In this document: in pieces, positions 8,653-15,540 of the stretch
How the letters are laid out: the number at the start of each line of letters is the position of its first letter
How positions within the stretch are numbered: the first letter of the stretch is position 1
Origin: Myxococcota bacterium
GTDB lineage: Bacteria > Myxococcota_A > UBA9160 > UBA4427
Assembly: GCA_036336835.1 (NCBI GenBank)
Contig: JAYZFK010000086.1
Location: 1-19,391 of the forward strand
Direction of reading: 5' to 3'
DNA length: 19,391 nt
The notes under the pieces: generated by a model
Seen by the model: only the letters and a program-made list of their open reading frames with translations
What the model was told of the DNA's origin: nothing
Databases searched by the model: none
Translations under genes and position numbers: made by a program

Positions 8653-9135
8653 CTACCGGCCGCCCTCGCGGGCACCGGCGAGCGCCTTGACGGCGATCGT
8701 CGCCACCAGCCAGATGGCCGCGACGATGCCCACATAGAAGAGCAGGAACGCGATCGTGTTGGGAATGCTGCCCCCCATGCTGAGCCCGCGAGCCTGCGGG
8801 AAGAGGGGATCGAGCGCCGACGCGCTCACGATCGTCCAGGCTGCCAGGATCATGGCCCAGGTGAGACGCCTGCACAGGGCCTCGGAGATGGGAACCACCG
8901 GCAGCACCAGCGCGAGCAGCCAGAGAGCCAGCCCGTTGATCACGCCCTCCATGTGCGCCATGCGCCACGCGTCGTAGCTGCCGGGCAGCTGATAGTCGAT
9001 CTTGCCCGGGATCGGCCACAGCGAGATTTCGCCGACCAGGAAGAAGAGAAATCCGAAGCCGATCGCAAAGCCCGCCAGCAGGACGAGCGCACCGTGCCCG
9101 ACCAGCAGGCGTTGACAACGAAGCAGAGGGTTCAT
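8653..9135 (-). CDS. Styrene oxide isomerase (StyC)-like membrane protein, about 4 TM helices
   Basis: Four hydrophobic segments. Motifs GHG, PGS...W..AH.....NG, VLP, W and RGL are colinear with Pseudomonas StyC as I recall it. The function may differ. Confidence 0.7.
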   Translation of the reverse strand: MNPLLRCQRLLVGHGALVLLAGFAIGFGFLFFLVGEISLWPIPGKIDYQLPGSYDAWRMAHMEGVINGLALWLLALVLPVVPISEALCRRLTWAMILAAWTIVSASALDPLFPQARGLSMGGSIPNTIAFLLFYVGIVAAIWLVATIAVKALAGAREGGR

Positions 9136-9599
9136 TCGGAGACTCCTGTGCGGCTGTCGTCGGGCGAGGCGCCGGATTCAATCGACTGCTGGCCCCTGGA
9201 AGTGCGAGCGACCCGATCGATCGAGCGGTCGATGGCTTCCTTCGCGGCGGCTGTGACGCCACCGCGTTCCACCTGCTCGACCAGCACGCGCTCCACGTGG
9301 CTCACGAGGGAGTCCAGACTCTGGACGTTTGCCTCACCTTCCTCTGCACCAGCGCGTCGTCCCGTGCCGAACAGGTTGATCCAGGCGTCGGAACGGCGGC
9401 CTACGGCGAGCAAGCGCTGGAAGTAGCGGCCCGGCGGGTCGTCCCCGCTCAAGAGGTCGAGGAGGCCCGCGACGATCGACGCCGGGCTCAGTACCACGTC
9501 GCGAAACGCATCGAGCAGCAGCTTCAGCTGGAACACGACGACGTCTCGGATGAACTGCCACCGGCCCTCGGATCTTGCCCGGTCGGTGGGCTCCGTCAT
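9132..9599 (-). CDS. Hypothetical protein, 155 aa
   Basis: C-terminal part of the 9132..11261 ORF, starting MTEPTDRARS. ATGA overlaps with both neighbours. Protein-like composition (IRDVVVFQLKLLLDAFRDVVLSPASIVAGLLDL; WINLFG). Confidence 0.8.
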   Translation of the reverse strand: MTEPTDRARSEGRWQFIRDVVVFQLKLLLDAFRDVVLSPASIVAGLLDLLSGDDPPGRYFQRLLAVGRRSDAWINLFGTGRRAGAEEGEANVQSLDSLVSHVERVLVEQVERGGVTAAAKEAIDRSIDRVARTSRGQQSIESGASPDDSRTGVSE

Positions 9600-10450
9600 T
9601 CGACCACCGCGATGACGCGGTCGCCGAGCTTGCGGAACCGGTGCTCGCCCGTGGCGTCGAAGAGCGCCGACTCGTGCCCGGGAATCAGGATCCCATCGCC
9701 GACCAGCTCGCGGATCCGCGCGTACGACCTCACCGACTGGCCCAGGTCGAGTCCGAGTCCGAGTGCGATGTCCTCTTCGATGTTGCGGTAGGTGTAGACC
9801 GAATCCGACGCATAGCAGACGCGCCCCTTCGTCGTGTCGAGGCAGACGGTCATCGTTGCGATGGTGTGTCCCGGCGTGAGGTAGACGTCGAGTCCCGGGA
9901 TCAGGTCCTCCTGGTCTCCGTCGGGTAGTAGCACTCGCCCCTGCCAGGCGAGCTTCACGAGATCGAGCACGTCGTCGGCGTAGAAGCCGATCTGCGCGTG
10001 CTTGTTGAGCACCATGCCGCCCGCGGCGTACTCGAGCTCGCGTCGTTGGATCACGAACTTTGCGTTGGGGAACGCGCTGGTGCCGCCGGCGTGGTCCCAG
10101 TGCAGATGGCTCAACGTCACGAGGCTCACGTCCTCGGGCTTCACCCCGATCTCCGCCAGGAGTCCCCGATACTCCGCGTAGTCGACGACGCCCCACTCCT
10201 TTGCATAGGCCGGGTTCACGAAGCCGGCGTCGAGCACCACCGTCTCGTCGCCGCGCTTCGCCACGCAGAACACGAACGGCACGTCGGCCACCTGGCCGCG
10301 ATCGGTACCGAACAGGATCGCGTCCACCGGGTAGTCCTCGGCCGTCGCGTACCGGAGGCAATGCAGCGACGTGAATGGCTCGGCAGCCCGGGCATTGCCG
10401 AACGGCAGGAGCAGCAGGCACGTGAGCACGACTTGCAGGCTGCGGTTCAC
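9596..10450 (-). CDS. Metallo-beta-lactamase-fold hydrolase, N-acyl homoserine lactonase-like, with signal peptide
   Basis: GTG 10450 lies 6 nt after GGAGG. Motifs LDAG, SHLHWDHAGG (HxHxDH), TPGHT, SDSVY (DxxY) and IPGHE. N-terminus MNRSLQVVLTCLLLLPFGNARA-A. Confidence 0.88.
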   Translation of the reverse strand: MNRSLQVVLTCLLLLPFGNARAAEPFTSLHCLRYATAEDYPVDAILFGTDRGQVADVPFVFCVAKRGDETVVLDAGFVNPAYAKEWGVVDYAEYRGLLAEIGVKPEDVSLVTLSHLHWDHAGGTSAFPNAKFVIQRRELEYAAGGMVLNKHAQIGFYADDVLDLVKLAWQGRVLLPDGDQEDLIPGLDVYLTPGHTIATMTVCLDTTKGRVCYASDSVYTYRNIEEDIALGLGLDLGQSVRSYARIRELVGDGILIPGHESALFDATGEHRFRKLGDRVIAVVE

Positions 10451-10476
10451 GACACACCTCCAGGCGTTGCCGGACC

Positions 10477-10522
10477 ACCGTATCACGCGGGGTCCCCCGC
10501 GAGGTCAGCCGTGCGGTAGGAT
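10477..10522. promoter_or_regulatory. Candidate back-to-back promoters with a central inverted repeat
   Basis: Minus strand TG-A-TACGGT (10477-10485), inverted repeat CGCGGGG-TC-CCCCGCG (10486-10501), plus strand TAGGAT (10517-10522). Confidence 0.4.
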
Positions 10523-10602
10523 GCTCGCGAGGCGAAGTCCATGCAGTGCGGCGTCTCGCAACATCCCACGCCGCGTCGCAAGGCGCAGGACGCGAGTCGC
10601 GC

Positions 10603-10687
10603 GGCTGGGGCGCGAGCTCGTGGCTGGGGCGAAAGCTCGTGGCTGGGGCGAAAGCTCGCGGCTGGGGCGCAAGCTCGTGGCTGGGCG
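10603..10687 (+). repeat. 19-bp tandem repeat, four full copies plus a partial copy
   Basis: GGCTGGGGCGCGAGCTCGT (10603), GGCTGGGGCGAAAGCTCGT (10622), GGCTGGGGCGAAAGCTCGC (10641), GGCTGGGGCGCAAGCTCGT (10660), GGCTGGGCG (10679). Confidence 0.95.
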
Positions 10688-10727
10688 TTGCGGTGGCGCG
10701 CGTGCCCGACACTGGAGGAGAAGCGAG

Positions 10728-11231
10728 ATGTCCTTCCCGTTCGCGATCTTCCGCGCGTCCGACGCGCCGTTGCTCGACGACACGAACATGATGAGTCCGC
10801 CCGAGTTCGTCGACGAGCTGGGTCCCGAGGCGCTCGCGAGCGGCAGCTTCCGCGAGAAGTCGACCGCGGCGCAGCGCGTGACCGTCCCGTTCTGCCAGCA
10901 GGGCGAGGGAGCCATGAGCCTGCTGGTCGGCGACTTCGCGCCCGGCTTCACCGTCTGGCGCCACAGCCACTCGCTCGCTTGCCTCTACTTCGTCCTTTCG
11001 GGCGAGGCGAACCTCGGCAGCCAGAAGCTCGGCGCGGGCGACGGCTTCTTCGTCCCGGCGAACCACCCCTACAGCTACACCGCGGGCGCGGAAGGCGTTC
11101 GCGTCCTCGAGATCCGCAATGGCACCCGCTTCGACATGCAGGTACTCGAGAGCGACATGAAGCGCTACGTCGAGAAGGCGGAGGCGCTGCTCGACGCGCG
11201 GGGGCGCGTCGAGGTCGATTCCGGGCCGTGA
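10728..11231 (+). CDS. Cupin-domain protein, 167 aa
   Basis: ATG 10728 after GGAGGAG. Motif 1 is PGFTVWRHSHSLACLYFVLSG and motif 2 is GDGFFVPANHPY. Confidence 0.85.
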   Translation: MSFPFAIFRASDAPLLDDTNMMSPPEFVDELGPEALASGSFREKSTAAQRVTVPFCQQGEGAMSLLVGDFAPGFTVWRHSHSLACLYFVLSGEANLGSQKLGAGDGFFVPANHPYSYTAGAEGVRVLEIRNGTRFDMQVLESDMKRYVEKAEALLDARGRVEVDSGP

Positions 11232-11247
11232 CGGGCGAGGAGCCGTG

Positions 11248-12459
11248 ATGGAACCCGCCACTGCCGACTCGCTGGTCTACAACCCATTTGCCTACGAGAT
11301 CCACGAGGATCCGTATCCGACCTACGCGCGAATGCGCGAAGAAGCGCCGGCGTATCGCAACCCCGAGCTGGATTTCTGGGCACTCTCGCGCTTCGACGAC
11401 GTGCTGGACGGCTACCGCGACTGGCAGACCTTCACCTCCACCCTCGGCATCGCGCTCGGCGACGCCGGGTCGATCACCAGCCCGTCGATGATCGGCATGG
11501 ATCCGCCGGACCAGACGGGTCTCCGCAAGCTCGCCGTGCGCGCCTTCACTCCCAGGCGGGTGGGAAGCCTCGAGCCGAGGATTCGGGCGCTGACGACCGG
11601 CTTTCTCGATGGCTTCGTCGAGCAGGGCGAGTGCGATCTGATCGAGCGTCTCGCGGCGCTGCTGCCGTCCGACGTGATCTCGACGTTGCTCGGTGCCCCG
11701 CCGGCGGACCACAACGATCTGCGCATCTGGACGGCGACGCTGCTGACCCGTGAAGACGGCGTCGCCGACCTTCCGGCGGCGGCCCACGAGGCGTCGAAGA
11801 ATCTCGTCGGGCGCTTCGAGGAGCTCATCGGCGAGAAGCGCAGGCGACCCGGAGAGGATCTGATCTCGGCATTGATCGAGACGGAGCTCGACGGGCGCCG
11901 TCTCACCGATTTCGAGATCCTGGGCTTCTGCATGCTGCTCATCACCGGGGGCAACGAGACGACGGAGAAGCTCATCGCCAACACGGTCCATCAGCTGGCG
12001 CGCAATCCGGACCAGCGCGCCGCGATCATCGAGGATCCGGCGCGCATTCCAGCGGCCGTCGAGGAGTCGCTCCGCTTCCGCAGCCCGACCCAGTACATGG
12101 TGCGCACGACGACTCGCGACGTCGAGATGCACGGCGCGACGATCCCCGAGGGCGAGAAGGTGATGCTCCTGATCGGCGCTGCGAATCACGATCCGCGCCA
12201 CTTCGACGCGCCGGAACGCTTCGACATCGATCGGGTGATGGAGCGACATCTCGCCTTCGGCTTCGGTGTGCACTTCTGTCTGGGCGCGCGGCTCGCCAGG
12301 CTCGAAGCGCGCGTCGCGCTCGAGGAGATCCACCAGCGGATTCCCGACTACGAGGTCGACGAGTCCGGGGTCAGCGTCGTCCACGCGACCAACGTCGCGG
12401 GGCTCGCGACGCTGCCGATCCGGTTTACCCCCTCTCGGCCCCGAGGCACGGCCGCCTGA
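11248..12459 (+). CDS. Cytochrome P450 (CYP123/CYP130-like by resemblance)
   Basis: GAGGAG RBS (alternative GTG at 11245). Motifs DPYPTY, MDPP, GGNETT, EESLR, AANHD and FGFGVHFCLG. Confidence 0.93.
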   Translation: MEPATADSLVYNPFAYEIHEDPYPTYARMREEAPAYRNPELDFWALSRFDDVLDGYRDWQTFTSTLGIALGDAGSITSPSMIGMDPPDQTGLRKLAVRAFTPRRVGSLEPRIRALTTGFLDGFVEQGECDLIERLAALLPSDVISTLLGAPPADHNDLRIWTATLLTREDGVADLPAAAHEASKNLVGRFEELIGEKRRRPGEDLISALIETELDGRRLTDFEILGFCMLLITGGNETTEKLIANTVHQLARNPDQRAAIIEDPARIPAAVEESLRFRSPTQYMVRTTTRDVEMHGATIPEGEKVMLLIGAANHDPRHFDAPERFDIDRVMERHLAFGFGVHFCLGARLARLEARVALEEIHQRIPDYEVDESGVSVVHATNVAGLATLPIRFTPSRPRGTAA

Positions 12460-12612
12460 GGAGTGCCCCGCGCACGGCGAGGAGAGGCTTCGGATGGAGA
12501 TCGGTCGTGTCGGCAGATCGGTCGGGTCGGGGTGTCGACCCGGACGGATGGACTGGCAAGCGGAGCGGGCTGTCGGATCGTAGGCGGATCCCCTGCTCGT
12601 TGCGGGCGGGAG

Positions 12613-12618
12613 TAGAAT
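12613..12618 (+). promoter_or_regulatory. Candidate -10 element for the DUF1214-SDR-SDR genes
   Basis: TAGAAT about 40 nt before ATG 12657, flanked by the inverted repeat GCGGGA (12606-12611) / TCCCGC (12625-12630). Confidence 0.4.
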
Positions 12619-12656
12619 TCCGCGTCCCGCGCATCAGAGGCCGGGGTGAGGACGCG

Positions 12657-13898
12657 ATGACGAACCATCCGGTTGCGACACCGGCTCAGCACGAACACGA
12701 ACGCCGCGCCGTCGAGATGACGGCGCACCCCGCCGTGAAGGCGGCGTTCGAGCGTGTCCGGACGGATTGGCTCGCCAAGGCCGAGCCCCGTCCGGACATG
12801 GAGCGCTGCTTCCCGGCGGCCTTCGAAGAGGTGATGTTCGCGGCGGCCGTGTGGTCGCTCAATCAGGACGCGCTGCGGCCCAGGGTCGTCTCGATCACCC
12901 GGCTGGAGCACCAGCTCGGCGATCTGCGGGTTCCCGGCTCCCGCTGGGGAATCGACAACCCGGACTCGGTCTATCGCGTGATCCCGATCGCCGGCGGCGA
13001 GCGCTACCGCATCACCGGCCGGGTCAGCGAATCGCGTCTCTGCGAGAACTATTTCACGCTCTGGGACGAGAGCTTCAACACAGTGGACGTATTGAACGGC
13101 AGCGAGCTCTCGATCGACGCCGATCGCCGTTTCAGCATCACCGTCGACGGCGACCCCGCCGGCGAGCGCGTCGATCACATCCGCTCGACGCCGGCAGCCA
13201 GGGAGTTCTACATCCGCGACGTCGTACAGGACTGGTCCGTCGAGACGCCGAACGAGCTCGAGATCGAGCGGCTGGGCGGCGCGTCGCCGCCGCCCGGGCT
13301 CACGCTCGACGAGCAGGCCGAGCAGGTCGTCGCGTTCATGGAGCGCTACGCCGAGAGCACGGTTCGCTGGAACCAGCAGGCCTACGACAAGCCGGCGAAC
13401 GAGCTCCAGTTCAAGATCGATCGCGAGACGGACGGCGCGCTGCGCAACCAGATCTACATCCTCGGCCACTTCGATCTGGAGGACGATCAGGGCCTGGTGA
13501 TCGAGGTGAACACCGGCGGAGCCGGCTATTTCGTGGCGCCCATCACGAATTGCTGGGGCACGACCAACGAGATCGTGCACCGCACGGGCAGCCTGAATCT
13601 GTCGCAAGCGCTGCCGAACGCCGACGGGACCTATACCTTCGTGCTCGCAAAGCACGATCCCGGTGTTCACAACTGGCTCGATCCCTGCGACATGCGCGAG
13701 GGCATCCTCACGCTCCGCTGGGCCGAGTTTCCAGGCGGCCGGCCCACGCCCGAGGTCGGCGCCACCAGCCGCGTCGTCCCAGTGTCGAAGCTCGGCGACT
13801 CTCTGCGCGAAGAGACGACGTTCGTGACGCCGGAAGAGCGTGCCCGGCAGTGCGCGACGCGCGCCGCGGGCTACCTGAGGCGATTGCCGGAAGGCTGA
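12657..13898 (+). CDS. Conserved hypothetical protein, DUF1214-like, 413 aa
   Basis: ATG 12657 after GAGGA. Motifs GIDNPDSVYR, SLN..Q...NADGTYTFVL..DPGVHNWLD and G.LTLRW, typical of DUF1214-domain proteins. Confidence 0.75.
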   Translation: MTNHPVATPAQHEHERRAVEMTAHPAVKAAFERVRTDWLAKAEPRPDMERCFPAAFEEVMFAAAVWSLNQDALRPRVVSITRLEHQLGDLRVPGSRWGIDNPDSVYRVIPIAGGERYRITGRVSESRLCENYFTLWDESFNTVDVLNGSELSIDADRRFSITVDGDPAGERVDHIRSTPAAREFYIRDVVQDWSVETPNELEIERLGGASPPPGLTLDEQAEQVVAFMERYAESTVRWNQQAYDKPANELQFKIDRETDGALRNQIYILGHFDLEDDQGLVIEVNTGGAGYFVAPITNCWGTTNEIVHRTGSLNLSQALPNADGTYTFVLAKHDPGVHNWLDPCDMREGILTLRWAEFPGGRPTPEVGATSRVVPVSKLGDSLREETTFVTPEERARQCATRAAGYLRRLPEG

Positions 13899-13900
13899 TC

Positions 13901-14755
13901 ATGTCGGCAGCGCAGCAAGAGCGACAGGTCTGGCTCGTCACCGGCTGTTCGACGGGACTCGGACGCGCGATCGCCCGCGCGGCACTCGAGGCGGGCGAGC
14001 AGGTTGCCCTGAGCGCGCGCGATCCCGCGAGCGTCCGGGATCTGGTCGAGGCGTTCCCCGAGCAGACGATCGCGCTCGCGCTCGACGTGACGAGTCCGGA
14101 TCAGATCCGCGCAGCGGTCGCAGAGACCGAGTCCGCCCTGGGTCGGATCGACGTGCTCGTCAACAATGCCGGCTACGGGTACGTCGGTGCGGTCGAAGAG
14201 GGCGTGGACGCGGAAGTTCGCGCCATGTTCGACACCAACTTCTTCGGGCCGGTGGAGCTGATCAAGGCCGTGCTGCCGGGGATGCGCGCTCGGCGCGCGG
14301 GCTACATCGTGAATATGTCGTCGATGACCGGCCTGGTCTCGAATCCCGGCAATGTCTACTACAGCGCGTCGAAGTTTGCGCTCGAGTCGCTGTCCGAAGG
14401 GCTCGCCAAGGAGCTCGCTCCCTTCGGCATCCGGGTCAGTGTCGTCGAGCCCGGCTTCTTTCGCACGGACTGGTCCGGGCGCTCGATGAAGGAATCGCCG
14501 GAGTCGATCGCGGACTACCAGGACACGGTCGGGGTGCGACGCAGGCTGATCCGCGAGGCGAAGGGGTCCGAGCCCGGCGACCCGCGACGCGTGGGCGATG
14601 CCGTCGTCATGCTGAGCCGCCTTGCGGCGCCACCGCTGCGCCTGCTGCTCGGACGCGACGTCTACGATGCGTTTCGGGAGAAGCTCGGCGCCATGCAGTC
14701 GTCGATCGCCGAGTGGGAAGCAGTCACGCTGGACGTCGAATTTCCAGAGGATTGA
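13901..14755 (+). CDS. Short-chain dehydrogenase/reductase, probably NADP-dependent
   Basis: ATG 13901, 2 nt after the upstream stop. Motifs WLVTGCSTGLG, basic SAR, NNAGYG, YSASK and VEPGFFRT. Confidence 0.92.
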   Translation: MSAAQQERQVWLVTGCSTGLGRAIARAALEAGEQVALSARDPASVRDLVEAFPEQTIALALDVTSPDQIRAAVAETESALGRIDVLVNNAGYGYVGAVEEGVDAEVRAMFDTNFFGPVELIKAVLPGMRARRAGYIVNMSSMTGLVSNPGNVYYSASKFALESLSEGLAKELAPFGIRVSVVEPGFFRTDWSGRSMKESPESIADYQDTVGVRRRLIREAKGSEPGDPRRVGDAVVMLSRLAAPPLRLLLGRDVYDAFREKLGAMQSSIAEWEAVTLDVEFPED

Positions 14756-14769
14756 GAGGCGGAACGGAC

Positions 14770-15540
14770 ATGGGACGACTCGAGGGAAGGGTTGCGCTGA
14801 TTACGGGCGGCTCCCGCGGACAGGGAGCAGCAGAGGGGCGGCTGTTCGTCGCAGAAGGCGCGAGCGTGGTGCTGGCCGATGTGCGCGACGCGCCGGGCGA
14901 GGCCCTGGCCAAGGAGCTCGGAAGCCAGGCGCGCTATCAGCACCTGGACGTGCGATCCGAATCGGACTGGGAGCGCGCGGTTGCGCGGGCCGTGGAGGAC
15001 TTCGGCCAGCTCGACGTGCTGGTCAACAACGCCGGGATCGTGCGGGCTGCACCTCTCGAGCAGATGTCGCTCAGCAGCTACATGGAGGTGGTGGAGATCA
15101 ACCAGGTGGGCGTCTTCCTGGGTATGCGCGCGGCGGCGCCGGCGATGCGCGAGGCAGGGGGAGGATCGATCGTCAACATCTCCTCCAACGCCGGACTCGA
15201 GGGCGTCTCCGGCGTGATCGGCTACGTGGCCAGCAAGTGGGCGGTGCGCGGGATGACCAAGAGCGCGGCGCTCGAGCTCGGGCGCTACGGCATCCGCGTC
15301 AACTCGGTCCACCCGGGCGGCGTCGACACGCCGATGCTCCAGCAGGACGACTTCGACAGCGTCGATCAGGACCGCGTCTTCGGCGCCCAGCCGATCCCGC
15401 GCATCGGACGGCCCGACGAGATCGCGAAGCTCGTGCTCTTCCTGGCCTCGGACGAGAGCTCCTACTCGACGGGCTCGGAGTTCGTCGCCGACGGCGGCAT
15501 GACAGCGGGTCACCCCGGCGCCGGCATCCTGCCCGACTAA
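14770..15540 (+). CDS. SDR, 3-alpha(20-beta)-hydroxysteroid dehydrogenase-like
   Basis: ATG 14770. Motifs TGGSRGQGAAE, LADV, NNAG, YVASKWAVRGMTKSAALELG, VNSVHPG and SYSTGSEFVADGG. Confidence 0.9.
   Translation: MGRLEGRVALITGGSRGQGAAEGRLFVAEGASVVLADVRDAPGEALAKELGSQARYQHLDVRSESDWERAVARAVEDFGQLDVLVNNAGIVRAAPLEQMSLSSYMEVVEINQVGVFLGMRAAAPAMREAGGGSIVNISSNAGLEGVSGVIGYVASKWAVRGMTKSAALELGRYGIRVNSVHPGGVDTPMLQQDDFDSVDQDRVFGAQPIPRIGRPDEIAKLVLFLASDESSYSTGSEFVADGGMTAGHPGAGILPD

Noticed and set aside
8653..9135. Calling this gene styC of a styrene degradation pathway
   Set aside because: No styrene monooxygenase or phenylacetaldehyde dehydrogenase is nearby and the catalytic Tyr appears replaced, so no gene symbol was given.
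10603..10687. 19-bp repeats as a CRISPR array
   Set aside because: The units are head-to-tail with no unique spacers, are too short, and no cas genes are present.
10371..10727. N-terminal extension of the cupin through the repeat
   Set aside because: It overlaps the divergent gene start, the 19-nt period is not a multiple of 3, and a strong RBS precedes ATG 10728.
9132..11261. 709-aa minus-strand ORF
   Set aside because: Only the last 155 codons look like a gene. The rest overlaps the lactonase in another frame and the cupin in antisense.
12767..13900. 662-aa SDR fusion
   Set aside because: The upstream part is an Arg/Ala-rich off-frame read of the DUF1214-like gene. The SDR starts at 13901.
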